In this document: one piece after another, positions 19,560 through 27,826 of the stretch | Numbering within the stretch: position 1 is the stretch's first letter | Layout: each line of letters starts with the position of its first letter | From: a virus | Direction: 5' to 3' (one strand) | IMG/VR virus record: IMGVR_UViG_3300030060_002342 | Location: 4,416 to 68,415 of that record | DNA: 64,000 nucleotides | Position numbers and translations under genes: made by a program | The notes under the pieces: model-generated | Database searches by the model: none | Told to the model about the DNA's origin: nothing | What the model saw: only the letters and a program-made list of their open reading frames with translations

Positions 19560-21105
19560 TTGTTCTCATATTAGATATTACACAATCAGCTGATATAATA
19601 GTAGAAGCAACACTTGCAGCATTTTTTAAAGCTGTTTTTGTTACTAATACTGGATCTATGATACCTTTATCAACCATTTTAGTTAATTCGCCAGTAATAA
19701 CATCAATACCATAGCCTTCATCTTCAATTATATCAATTTTTTTGATACCTGCATTAGAAACTATGGTTTGATATGGTGAAACTATTGCTTTTGCCACAAT
19801 TTTTTCACCTACTTTGTCCATATCGAGTAATTTTACCGCATTTACTAGTGCTACACCACCTCCAGGAACAATTCCTTCTTGTAAAGCAGCTTTTGTAGCG
19901 TAAATTGCGTCTTCTACTCTTGCTTTTTTCTCGTTTAGTGCTACTTTTGAGTTTGCACCTACCTTAATTACGCCGACAGAGCCTGTTAACATAGCTAATC
20001 TGTCTTGTAATTTATCTTTTACGAAAGGGTTTTTCTCTTTTTTTGCTATTTTCTTAACTTCCGCAACTCTTTCATTTAAATTTGCTGGCTTCACGCCAGT
20101 TGTAAGGACTGTAGTTCTGTTATCAGTTACAGATTTGACCACTTCGCCTAAACAATCTGGCTGGATCAGATCTAAATCATCACCAAGTTCTTCATTCATT
20201 ACCTTTGCGCCAGTTAATATTGCTAAGTCCTCAATTGTGTCCATTCTTGTTGGACCAAAACCAGGAGTATCAATAATATTTACTTTGATATTACCTTTAA
20301 TTTTGTTCATTAACAGAGCAGATTTAACTTGTTGATCAACATCTGCTACTATAAGAAGGCTTCTACCCTTCTTTATAACATGTTCTAGTATTGCTTGTAT
20401 CTTTCTTATGCTAGTTATAGTTGAACTAACAACTAAAACATAAGGATTTTCTAGTGTACATGTTTGTCTATCTTTATCGGTTATCCAGTGAGGTGATGTT
20501 AACTTACAGTCTAGCTTTATACCATCTGTAATATCAGCATAAGTTGTTTCATCTTCTGAGTCTTCCATCAAAACTATACCGTCTTGACCAACTTTTTTAT
20601 AAGCTTCTGCTATTATGCTGCCAAGTTCTTTATCATTGTTACATGAAATAGATGCAACACTTTCAAGCATTTTACCTTTAACTGGTATTGATATTGAATT
20701 AAGATAAGTACATATTTTATTAATTGCACTTTCTATACCATTTTTAATATCTCTTGTAGACTTATTTTCTTTAAGAGCATTAATTAACAGCGAGTGAGCA
20801 AGGACGGTAGCTGTTGTAGTACCATCACCTGCTTCGCTTACTGTCTTTTTAGCAGCTTCTTTAATTAGATGTGCACCTAAGTTTTCTACAGGATCGTACA
20901 ATACAACTGATTCAGCAACGGTAACACCGTCTTTAGTTATAATTGGTCGACCTCTGTCATCTTCATATATTACACACTTACCAGAAGCGCCTAATGTAGA
21001 TGCTACAGCATTTGCTAGCTTAGTAACACCACTCATTATTTTGTTTTTACCATCTTTGCCAAAGTTTAAATCCTTGACAATAAGGCTAGGGGGATTATAT
21101 TCCAT
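19546..21105 (-). CDS. groEL: Chaperonin GroEL-like
   Basis: ITKDGVTVA, AGDGTTTATVLA, EGIVPGGG, GIIDPVLVTKTALKNAASVA; no GGM tail. Confidence 0.95.
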   Translation of the reverse strand: MEYNPPSLIVKDLNFGKDGKNKIMSGVTKLANAVASTLGASGKCVIYEDDRGRPIITKDGVTVAESVVLYDPVENLGAHLIKEAAKKTVSEAGDGTTTATVLAHSLLINALKENKSTRDIKNGIESAINKICTYLNSISIPVKGKMLESVASISCNNDKELGSIIAEAYKKVGQDGIVLMEDSEDETTYADITDGIKLDCKLTSPHWITDKDRQTCTLENPYVLVVSSTITSIRKIQAILEHVIKKGRSLLIVADVDQQVKSALLMNKIKGNIKVNIIDTPGFGPTRMDTIEDLAILTGAKVMNEELGDDLDLIQPDCLGEVVKSVTDNRTTVLTTGVKPANLNERVAEVKKIAKKEKNPFVKDKLQDRLAMLTGSVGVIKVGANSKVALNEKKARVEDAIYATKAALQEGIVPGGGVALVNAVKLLDMDKVGEKIVAKAIVSPYQTIVSNAGIKKIDIIEDEGYGIDVITGELTKMVDKGIIDPVLVTKTALKNAASVASTIISADCVISNMRTNESN

Positions 21106-21127
21106 TGAATTAAATTTTAATTAGTTA

Positions 21128-21412
21128 CTATTTAAATGTTTTTACAACTTTAGGACCCTTTGTAAACTCTAGTCTTTTGTTGTAGTGCTCGATACTACCA
21201 TCAATAGCAGCTTCTGCTGATTCAATAGTCTCTCGCCTTGTTACGTCTACCCATTGATCATCTTGATCTTGGTATTCGGTTTGGTAAAACCCGTTAGGTA
21301 GCTGAACTATTCGCCAGTTTTTCTTGTCAGCTAAGTGCTTCCAATATTTAACGGTTTCCTCATTAATCTGTGGTTGACTAGTCCACGTTTTAGTCGTGTA
21401 AAAATATGTCAT
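21128..21412 (-). CDS. Hypothetical protein
   Basis: 94-aa ORF in the operon. Confidence 0.7.
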   Translation of the reverse strand: MTYFYTTKTWTSQPQINEETVKYWKHLADKKNWRIVQLPNGFYQTEYQDQDDQWVDVTRRETIESAEAAIDGSIEHYNKRLEFTKGPKVVKTFK

Positions 21413-21430
21413 AATATTTAAGGTTTTAGG

Positions 21431-21664
21431 TTAACCAACTTCACCTCTACGGTGCGTGGCTCTGTTATAGGCTATCGATGTGCGTCTTACCTGTCCGCTG
21501 GCAGTATGGTGTAGATCACTATTTGACCTTTGTCCTATGCGTTGGTTTTCGGCTTTACGTGCTCTACGCTTAGGTGTTTTAGCTGCATTAAGATCTCTTT
21601 TTCTCTTTGCTGCTAACGCTCTTCTCGATAATCCTTGGGAGTTTCCCGGTTTTTTCACTGCCAT
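21431..21664 (-). CDS. Small Arg-rich protein, degenerate HNH-like
   Basis: Likely start MAVKKPG just after a class II motif; DLHH...NRA segment. Confidence 0.5.
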   Translation of the reverse strand: MAVKKPGNSQGLSRRALAAKRKRDLNAAKTPKRRARKAENQRIGQRSNSDLHHTASGQVRRTSIAYNRATHRRGEVG

Positions 21665-21670
21665 AGTAAG

Positions 21671-21682
21671 AATAATCACATA
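21671..21682 (-). promoter_or_regulatory. Class II promoter-like motif TATGTGATTATT
   Basis: At the head of the left minus-strand operon. Confidence 0.5.
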
Positions 21683-21703
21683 GTTAAGCAGAAATTTAAA
21701 AAG

Positions 21704-21747
21704 GTGACACTTGCCTATTACTAGTATACTCTTATAGGCTATTGTCA
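21704..21747. repeat. 44-bp imperfect palindrome, copy 1 (inverted repeat of 28622-28665)
   Basis: GTGACACTTGCCTATTACTAGTATACTCTTATAGGCTATTGTCA; 36/44 identical to the reverse complement of copy 2. Confidence 0.85.
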
Positions 21748-21857
21748 TAAAAAAAGTTGTTAGATATAATGGGGTATAGCGCCGCCCCTCTCCTCCCTGC
21801 ACCACACCGTAAAAGCAAAGTTAAAATTATTTACCGGGCCCCACCCTGTTTTTATAT

Positions 21858-21888
21858 TATTATCCATGTTTGTCAGTGTTTACTCTGT
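21858..21888 (-). promoter_or_regulatory. Class I (early) promoter-like motif, divergent copy
   Basis: Reverse complement ACAGAGTAAACACTGACAAACATGGATAATA matches the 31-bp layout. Confidence 0.45.
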
Positions 21889-21939
21889 ATTTTCCTGCTC
21901 ACCATTTAATAACTAATATATTTTTTGTTCTAAATTTTC

Positions 21940-21970
21940 ACAATGTTACTACTATATATAATGGATAGTA
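21940..21970 (+). promoter_or_regulatory. Class I promoter-like motif
   Basis: ACAATGTTACTACTATATATAATGGATAGTA. Confidence 0.5.
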
Positions 21971-22068
21971 ATAATGTAAGTAAATTAAATAAATAACTTA
22001 GACAATATGAGACAGTGCGGAATACTACTAACAATAAATGAAACACTAAACAAAGTATCTACTTTTAT

Positions 22069-22099
22069 ACAATGTAAATACTAACTCAATTGGATAATA
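22069..22099 (+). promoter_or_regulatory. Class I promoter-like motif
   Basis: ACAATGTAAATACTAACTCAATTGGATAATA. Confidence 0.7.
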
Positions 22100-22138
22100 A
22101 TAATGTAACTAAATAATAATAATTAAATATAATAAACT

Positions 22139-22366
22139 ATGAGTAACTTAATCACAAAAAGATTTGTCGTAAGACAATCACTAGTCGGAAAAAATGTAAC
22201 ATTCGAATTCACTAACAAAAAAGGTGACAAGATAACTTACAATCATGACAAAGTATTTTCAATAATGAAAGATACACTAACTAAACTTCCATGTTGGTTA
22301 AAGTACAAAAGTTATACTGCTACTAACAATATACCTTTAGTACTTAGAGATAAAGACTTAGTGTAA
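22139..22366 (+). CDS. Early hypothetical protein
   Basis: First plus-strand ORF, 75 aa, after the promoter motif. Confidence 0.75.
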   Translation: MSNLITKRFVVRQSLVGKNVTFEFTNKKGDKITYNHDKVFSIMKDTLTKLPCWLKYKSYTATNNIPLVLRDKDLV

Positions 22367-22429
22367 CAACTAAGCTTTATTTCAACTGCGAGTTCCACTT
22401 GTTTCTAACAGTAAATTGCGAATGAGTAA

Positions 22430-22472
22430 TGTCATTATGGTACACGAGTGTGTTCGATTCACACTATGACAA
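22430..22472 (+). ncRNA. tRNA-like minihelix (acceptor-like stem plus T-arm)
   Basis: TGTCAT/ATGACA stem, TATGGTACACG linker, AGTGTG-TTCGATT-CACACT T-arm; intergenic. Confidence 0.5.
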
Positions 22473-22493
22473 CTAACAATTAATATTATAACT

Positions 22494-22688
22494 ATGAATA
22501 AAATCAAATTGACGTACAATAAAGTGTACAATTATGCGAAAGGTAAACCAGTAGCAGAACTAATAGCAGAAGTAATAGCTTTCGGTTTCTTACTACCACT
22601 AGTAATAGTAGGTTTAACTACAATCATATTTGCTTTGCTAACAGGTGAAATCAATACTAACAATATAACATTTGGAATTTATGGATAA
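22494..22688 (+). CDS. Small membrane protein
   Basis: 64 aa with one long hydrophobic helix. Confidence 0.65.
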   Translation: MNKIKLTYNKVYNYAKGKPVAELIAEVIAFGFLLPLVIVGLTTIIFALLTGEINTNNITFGIYG

Positions 22689-22784
22689 GAAGCAAATGAT
22701 AATAGAAATAATGTTTGTAGCGTGTTTATTCGCGCTACTATATGTATCACTATGGATATTCTGTCCATGCTAAACTATAATAAT

Positions 22785-22922
22785 ATGGCAAGAAAACACA
22801 CACATGAGAAACTATGGTCGTTTAGTGACGAACACGTAGTTGATGGTATGATTTACTCACATGAATTAGACAAGTGGGTAACTGTTGAAGAATACACAGA
22901 AGTATACTATGGAACTTTATAG
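22785..22922 (+). CDS. Small hypothetical protein
   Basis: MARKHTHEK start preferred within the 22722 ORF. Confidence 0.5.
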   Translation: MARKHTHEKLWSFSDEHVVDGMIYSHELDKWVTVEEYTEVYYGTL

Positions 22923-22925
22923 TAT

Positions 22926-22956
22926 ACAATATAAATACGAACTGAGTTGGATAATA
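22926..22956 (+). promoter_or_regulatory. Class I promoter-like motif
   Basis: ACAATATAAATACGAACTGAGTTGGATAATA. Confidence 0.75.
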
Positions 22957-22970
22957 ATATAAATTAAAAT

Positions 22971-23156
22971 ATGAATAAACTTAAATTTACAAACTATAAT
23001 GCACTGGGTCAACCACAAAATGTTATACTAAAGTATGCAAATGGCGATGTCGAAGTACTCGAATTTGCTCCAAATACTAGATACTATGACAGTTTTGACA
23101 AGAAATACAGAAGTTACCCATCATTTACTACTATAAAAACTAGAACTTATGCCTAA
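22971..23156 (+). CDS. Early hypothetical protein
   Basis: 61-aa ORF after the promoter motif. Confidence 0.65.
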   Translation: MNKLKFTNYNALGQPQNVILKYANGDVEVLEFAPNTRYYDSFDKKYRSYPSFTTIKTRTYA

Positions 23157-23388
23157 ATACTTTGATGATTTAACATTAGAACAAATGTTCGAGTATCATG
23201 ACCATACTTATATGATGGCAGATGACAATCGAGCGTACGAAAATGGCAGACGCCAACGTGATTTGATAGAAGATAAAGTCAAAGCACAAGGCGGATGGAC
23301 TAAAGAATTAGTAGATTTGTATAATAAATATGCACCAAGTGGTATGTTTCAAAAAGATTACGACTTCATGCAAAAATATAATAAATAA
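23149..23388 (+). CDS. Early hypothetical protein
   Basis: 79 aa; HDHTYMMADD motif. Confidence 0.7.
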   Translation: MPKYFDDLTLEQMFEYHDHTYMMADDNRAYENGRRQRDLIEDKVKAQGGWTKELVDLYNKYAPSGMFQKDYDFMQKYNK

Positions 23389-23393
23389 TAACT

Positions 23394-23876
23394 ATGAGAA
23401 TACTAGAAAACGGCGAGTATAAATATACTTGGCAACAAGAACAGCAAATGCTTGAAGATGCTTATGCAAGACAATTGCTACTTAAATACAATATTAAAGA
23501 AGTAACTACACAAAAACAAGCAATAAATGGTACAAGAGAATTTGAGTTTCCTGTATCTACTTATAATAATACTAATGAATTTTATAAGAAATGGCTAAAA
23601 AAGCAGGGTAGATCACTAAAAGATACACCAAGATTAAGATTAGCTTGCTTTAAATCTGGCTATGTAAGAAAACAAAATGGTACTTATTCACCATATCAGT
23701 TAAATAAAACTTACAAACAAGAGCAAAGAACTACTTTTTTAATAGATGGTAAGCTAGAAACTAGAAAGTATAGAGGAATAGCTAGAGCTAAAATATGGTC
23801 AGGTCTTGCTAGATTAAACTATATGTTAGAATACTATTTAAGAAATTACAAACAAAATACGAATAAAGTTGGATAA
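23394..23876 (+). CDS. Early hypothetical protein
   Basis: 160-aa basic ORF. Confidence 0.7.
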   Translation: MRILENGEYKYTWQQEQQMLEDAYARQLLLKYNIKEVTTQKQAINGTREFEFPVSTYNNTNEFYKKWLKKQGRSLKDTPRLRLACFKSGYVRKQNGTYSPYQLNKTYKQEQRTTFLIDGKLETRKYRGIARAKIWSGLARLNYMLEYYLRNYKQNTNKVG

Positions 23877-23878
23877 TA
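23848..23878 (+). promoter_or_regulatory. Class I promoter-like motif
   Basis: ACAAACAAAATACGAATAAAGTTGGATAATA. Confidence 0.7.
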
Positions 23879-23885
23879 TATTTGT

Positions 23886-24098
23886 ATGACGAAATGTAAA
23901 TGTAAAAATATAATACCTCCGCAGCGCCTCGCACTAGGTTATACCTCTTGCGTCGACTGTTCAACCACTGAACCTTATGGTTGTGTTCAAATCACGTACC
24001 ATAAAACCGGCAATACTATTCAAATTATGCCAAAAAGTCAGGCGAAACGTGTAAGGAAGCTTGGCGCTAGACGAGGTTATGGCACATGTTTAAGATAA
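23886..24098 (+). CDS. DksA/TraR-type C4 zinc-finger protein
   Basis: CKCKNIIPPQRLALGYTSCVDC matches the C..C..I...RL.....C..C pattern. Confidence 0.65.
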   Translation: MTKCKCKNIIPPQRLALGYTSCVDCSTTEPYGCVQITYHKTGNTIQIMPKSQAKRVRKLGARRGYGTCLR

Positions 24099-24102
24099 TA
24101 AT

Positions 24103-24321
24103 ATGGCACTAATAAAACAAATGAATATTGTAGCAGAAGAAATAGCTACAGATATAATAAAACAAATAGACAAACAAAGTGATTGGCAAGTCGGTCAGTT
24201 TCTACCAGAAGATGCTGAGTCCCCACTTACAAACGACACTCATAGTTATCTTATGAGACTGGTCGCTCGCCACATCGCTAATAAACTAGACGTAACAACT
24301 AATAAATACTACGATGAGTGA
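24103..24321 (+). CDS. Hypothetical protein
   Basis: 72-aa ORF in the operon. Confidence 0.65.
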   Translation: MALIKQMNIVAEEIATDIIKQIDKQSDWQVGQFLPEDAESPLTNDTHSYLMRLVARHIANKLDVTTNKYYDE

Positions 24322-24598
24322 TTCAGTAAAAAAATATTTTGAAGATAAAGAAGAAACTTGTAACTACAGCGGGCTAAGAAGTACAAGCAGCTACACAGCT
24401 AAGTACATATTCTTACTAGATTTTACAGACGGTAAGGTATATAGATATGACATTAGCTCGTTATGTAATGATGAAAACAAATGGAATCCTGACTCAGAGT
24501 CTTGTGAAGCGTTTTTATACGGCGCAGGTCACAAAGTAAATGACTGTGAGTGGATGGTTACAAGTGATAAAGATATAACTCTCGGGAATACACAGTAG
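24314..24598 (+). CDS. Hypothetical protein
   Basis: 94-aa ORF in the operon. Confidence 0.65.
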   Translation: MSDSVKKYFEDKEETCNYSGLRSTSSYTAKYIFLLDFTDGKVYRYDISSLCNDENKWNPDSESCEAFLYGAGHKVNDCEWMVTSDKDITLGNTQ

Positions 24599-24624
24599 GC
24601 CTTGTGATGAAAACAAGAGAGTAT

Positions 24625-24698
24625 GGGCGTGTAATGGTTGGCGGCAACCTCGGCGTAAGCAAAGGTGCCAGACGCAGGTTCGAATCCTGCCACGTCCA
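24625..24698 (+). ncRNA. tmRNA tRNA-like-domain (TLD)-only RNA / tRNA-Ala mimic
   Basis: Acceptor GGGCGTG/CACGTCC with G3-U70 and A73; no D-stem; helix GGCAACCT/AGGTGCC; AGAC linker; T-arm GCAGG-TTCGAAT-CCTGC; no anticodon arm. Confidence 0.7.
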
Positions 24699-24702
24699 CA
24701 AT

Positions 24703-24733
24703 ACAATATAAATACGACAATAGTCGGATAATA
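24703..24733 (+). promoter_or_regulatory. Class I promoter-like motif
   Basis: ACAATATAAATACGACAATAGTCGGATAATA. Confidence 0.75.
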
Positions 24734-24761
24734 TATATACAAACAATTAAATATAATAACA

Positions 24762-25004
24762 ATGGGTAAACTTAAAACACTTTACGACTTAATGCAACCT
24801 AGTCTTAAAACAGAGTTGCAAGCTAGTGCTAGAAAGTATGACAGCGCTAAAAGACTAAAGTATAAACTCATGAGTTCTACATTATGGCACGAGCTATCAT
24901 TATCTGATATTAGTGACCTAATGTCTTACTCAGGTCTTTATACAAGCGATGTAACAGCTAAAGATATAATCTATGGCGATAAATTCTTAACAAACAAATA
25001 CTAA
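24762..25004 (+). CDS. Hypothetical protein
   Basis: 80-aa ORF after the promoter motif. Confidence 0.7.
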   Translation: MGKLKTLYDLMQPSLKTELQASARKYDSAKRLKYKLMSSTLWHELSLSDISDLMSYSGLYTSDVTAKDIIYGDKFLTNKY

Positions 25005-25459
25005 TGGCAGAATTACTAACAGATGATATTATCACCGATGCGCTAAGCAACGATGGTATCATGGAAGAACCAGATGCTAACTGGCTCCTTGAATATATCG
25101 AATCAGAATACGGCGGCAAACTAGACAATACTACCACATGGTCTGACAGTAAAGGTTTAAAAATATACAGTGAATCAACAGCTGACAGCTATGATATATA
25201 TTTCTGTACTTATGAAGATAAACCTTATGTGTCACAAGATGGTTATTACTATGAAGATCACGCGACTTGGTCAGAACAAGCTATTGAAGCACTGTGTGAT
25301 AATCAAAATGTGTGGATAGAATCTCATATATGGGACGATATGGAATACGACTTTAACCACGAACTAGAACAATGGTGGCAAGATGTATACGAAGATAAGT
25401 TTAACGATAAAAAAGATGAGTTAATAGACTCAGGCGATTACTATGAAGAAAAACAATAA
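25004..25459 (+). CDS. Highly acidic protein (DNA-mimic candidate)
   Basis: 151 aa dominated by D/E, with many W/Y and no Arg. Confidence 0.6.
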   Translation: MAELLTDDIITDALSNDGIMEEPDANWLLEYIESEYGGKLDNTTTWSDSKGLKIYSESTADSYDIYFCTYEDKPYVSQDGYYYEDHATWSEQAIEALCDNQNVWIESHIWDDMEYDFNHELEQWWQDVYEDKFNDKKDELIDSGDYYEEKQ

Positions 25460-25727
25460 ACAAGAGAAACCAAACTGGTTTCACGGTGTATGGTACACAG
25501 AAGGTGATACTGTAAACAATCCTTTTACAGGTGACAGTTGCAAGCTAACTGGTCCTGAATTAAGTATGTATGACTTTATTAAAGGTGCAGAGTTTACTAT
25601 ATCAATGCAGTCTAACGACGTTACTGTGCTACATCCTGACACCGTTAACTTACAAAACGATATGAGAAAAGGCTTAGACTGGTTTAGAACTGCTAACCCT
25701 TCAGCTTATATGACATTACTAGATTAA
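25443..25727 (+). CDS. Hypothetical protein
   Basis: 94 aa; NPFTG..ELSMYDFIKG..GLDWFR..NPSAYMTLLD. Confidence 0.7.
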   Translation: MKKNNKQEKPNWFHGVWYTEGDTVNNPFTGDSCKLTGPELSMYDFIKGAEFTISMQSNDVTVLHPDTVNLQNDMRKGLDWFRTANPSAYMTLLD

Positions 25728-25728
25728 T

Positions 25729-26043
25729 ATGAAGACAGATAAATTTAATGAGATAGTGCATGAGTTAGATACACACGCACAAGAAACTATGAATGCTAAA
25801 GGTCCTGAGTATACAGTGCAGGACGAAGATGTGTTAAACAATTTTAAAGCTACAGCTAAAAAGCTAGGTGTAGATCCTTTAATTGTTTGGTATGCTTACT
25901 TTGATAAGCAAGTTAGTTCAGTTGCTGCTCACGTTAGCAACCATGATCTAAATAAAGCAGAACCTATGATTAGTAGGTTTGGTGATATAATTAACTACGC
26001 AAAGCTTGGCTATGCGTTATTTACAGAAAGAGATAAATTATGA
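25729..26043 (+). CDS. All-alpha nucleotide-modification-associated / NTP pyrophosphatase-like protein
   Basis: KGPEY...LNNF...RFGDIINYA pattern. Confidence 0.5.
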   Translation: MKTDKFNEIVHELDTHAQETMNAKGPEYTVQDEDVLNNFKATAKKLGVDPLIVWYAYFDKQVSSVAAHVSNHDLNKAEPMISRFGDIINYAKLGYALFTERDKL

Positions 26044-26528
26044 GTACAAGAAACTTAACAATGGTCGTAGACCGAAAACATGCAGAAAATCATGAACTTG
26101 GTTTTGCTGCTCCACCACAGGTGTACAGTGACAAAAGCTACGTAAATATGTATTTACATCATGATGGTTACCCACAATGGCAAGGTGTACAAATAGCAAA
26201 CTGGGTTAAAGCTAATGCTAGACAAGATGGTAGTGCTATAGCTGCAAAGCTAGTACACGATATGTACTATGACAGTTGCTATTTATATGCAGACCCAGAT
26301 AATATAGACCATCATTATACTTACGTAATATGGACAGGTAAAGATGATATATGGATTAGTTGCTACGATCAGTACAGTAGTAAGAATATATTTGTAAGTC
26401 AACCTGATAGAATTATAGAAAGATACAGTGATGATATGGACTATACTGATTTTGCTGGCGGTGAAATAAGACATGAAGATAGTAAGATAGCTTCTGCTAG
26501 AAAACTAATTGATTTATTACAAAGCTAA
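26040..26528 (+). CDS. Conserved phage hypothetical protein
   Basis: MSTR N-terminus and YLHHDGYP motif. Confidence 0.65.
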   Translation: MSTRNLTMVVDRKHAENHELGFAAPPQVYSDKSYVNMYLHHDGYPQWQGVQIANWVKANARQDGSAIAAKLVHDMYYDSCYLYADPDNIDHHYTYVIWTGKDDIWISCYDQYSSKNIFVSQPDRIIERYSDDMDYTDFAGGEIRHEDSKIASARKLIDLLQS

Positions 26529-26549
26529 TACGAATAAAGATGGATAATG
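26519..26549 (+). promoter_or_regulatory. Class I promoter-like motif
   Basis: ACAAAGCTAATACGAATAAAGATGGATAATG. Confidence 0.65.
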
Positions 26550-26554
26550 ATAAT

Positions 26555-26854
26555 ATGATGCCCAAAGATTTTTACAATAAAAAAAGGCTTGATGAGCTAG
26601 CTGATAAAGTATTAGATATACTAATACAAAAAGCTCAACAACCACAGTGGCATCAGTATAATACACCTATGACACTAGGTGAATTAATAAAAGGACATTT
26701 GCCATTTAAAGAAACAACTGAAGAGTTCTTAGTATCTGAAATGGCTAGGCTAACTACATTACTTAATATGTATGAAGCTCAAGAAGAATATATGAAAGCA
26801 GCTATAATAAAAAGAAAACTAGATGCTATAACCAATAAACTAAATAACCTATGA
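26555..26854 (+). CDS. Hypothetical protein with UVR-like C-terminal helix hairpin
   Basis: EEYMKAAIIKRKL; start placed downstream of the promoter motif. Confidence 0.55.
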   Translation: MMPKDFYNKKRLDELADKVLDILIQKAQQPQWHQYNTPMTLGELIKGHLPFKETTEEFLVSEMARLTTLLNMYEAQEEYMKAAIIKRKLDAITNKLNNL

Positions 26855-27723
26855 CAAAACCTATGCTAGCACACAAGTATGACGACAAGCGAGTAGACTG
26901 GTCTCAACCTGTGTATATACAACCTAAACTCGACGGCGTTCGCTGTATAATAAAACGAGTATCAGACTTTCCTGGCCAAGAAAACTTGGCATCATACAGC
27001 GTAAAAGCTTATTCACGTACAGGTAAAGAATTTAAAAATGTCAGGCATATTACAAATGCTTTGAAAGGATTTTTCTTTCATAACCCTGACACAGTGCTTG
27101 ATGGCGAATTATACAACCACAAGCTTAAAAACGATTTTGAAAAAATTATATCATTAGTTCGTAAGCAAAAGCCTACCGATACTGACAGACTTGATGCTCA
27201 ACATCTTGTACAATTTCATTGCTACGATTATGTTGATGGCAATTACGAAAGCTACAAAGCTCGTATGCACAACCTTGTCTGCTCTAATATTTACGATGCG
27301 CAGATAAAGTATGTGCCTGCAAAGCTAGTTGATAGCTACAATTATGCTAGAGATATACACGCCACGTTCTTAAGTGAGGGCTACGAAGGCTCTATCATAA
27401 GGCTTGATGGTCTGTACAAACACGGTAGGTCTTACGACTTAATGAAATTCAAAGACTTCAGCGATACTGAAGCAACAATCATAGGTTATGAATTAGGTAA
27501 AGGTAAAAGGACAGGCACACTTGGCAAGTTCATTATGCTAGATGACGAAGGTATACAGTTCGGTTGTCCACCGGGTAAAGGTTATACCTACAAGGATTTA
27601 GCTAAAATGCTCAGTGAAATAGACTCTTATGTTGGCAAGCGTGCTACCTTTACTTATTTTCAACGAACACAAGCAGGTTCATACAGACACCCGCTATTTA
27701 AATGTATACGTAATTATGAGTAA
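26851..27723 (+). CDS. lig: ATP-dependent DNA ligase
   Basis: QPKLDGVR motif I, LDGELY, EGYEGSIIR, LMKFK and a C-terminal OB fold. Confidence 0.93.
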   Translation: MTKPMLAHKYDDKRVDWSQPVYIQPKLDGVRCIIKRVSDFPGQENLASYSVKAYSRTGKEFKNVRHITNALKGFFFHNPDTVLDGELYNHKLKNDFEKIISLVRKQKPTDTDRLDAQHLVQFHCYDYVDGNYESYKARMHNLVCSNIYDAQIKYVPAKLVDSYNYARDIHATFLSEGYEGSIIRLDGLYKHGRSYDLMKFKDFSDTEATIIGYELGKGKRTGTLGKFIMLDDEGIQFGCPPGKGYTYKDLAKMLSEIDSYVGKRATFTYFQRTQAGSYRHPLFKCIRNYE

Positions 27724-27826
27724 ATTAATATGGCAACTATACAATGACAACTTAATATCAGAAGAGGTAGCAAACCTTTTACTAGATAAACATTATAATA
27801 GATTAAACCACAAAAGATATAAATGA
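27716..27826 (+). CDS. Small hypothetical protein
   Basis: MSKLIWQLY start fills the gap, overlapping both neighbours. Confidence 0.5.
   Translation: MSKLIWQLYNDNLISEEVANLLLDKHYNRLNHKRYK

Noticed and set aside
21665-21805. N-terminal extension of the 21431-21805 ORF
   Set aside because: It runs through the palindrome and promoter motif; the ATG at 21664 is a more plausible start
22350-22383. AT-rich hairpin after the first early gene as a terminator
   Set aside because: Weak stem and short U tract; cannot be supported by eye
24625-24698. Ordinary tRNA gene or integration (attP) site
   Set aside because: No D-stem and no 7-nt anticodon loop; no integrase or repressor in the window
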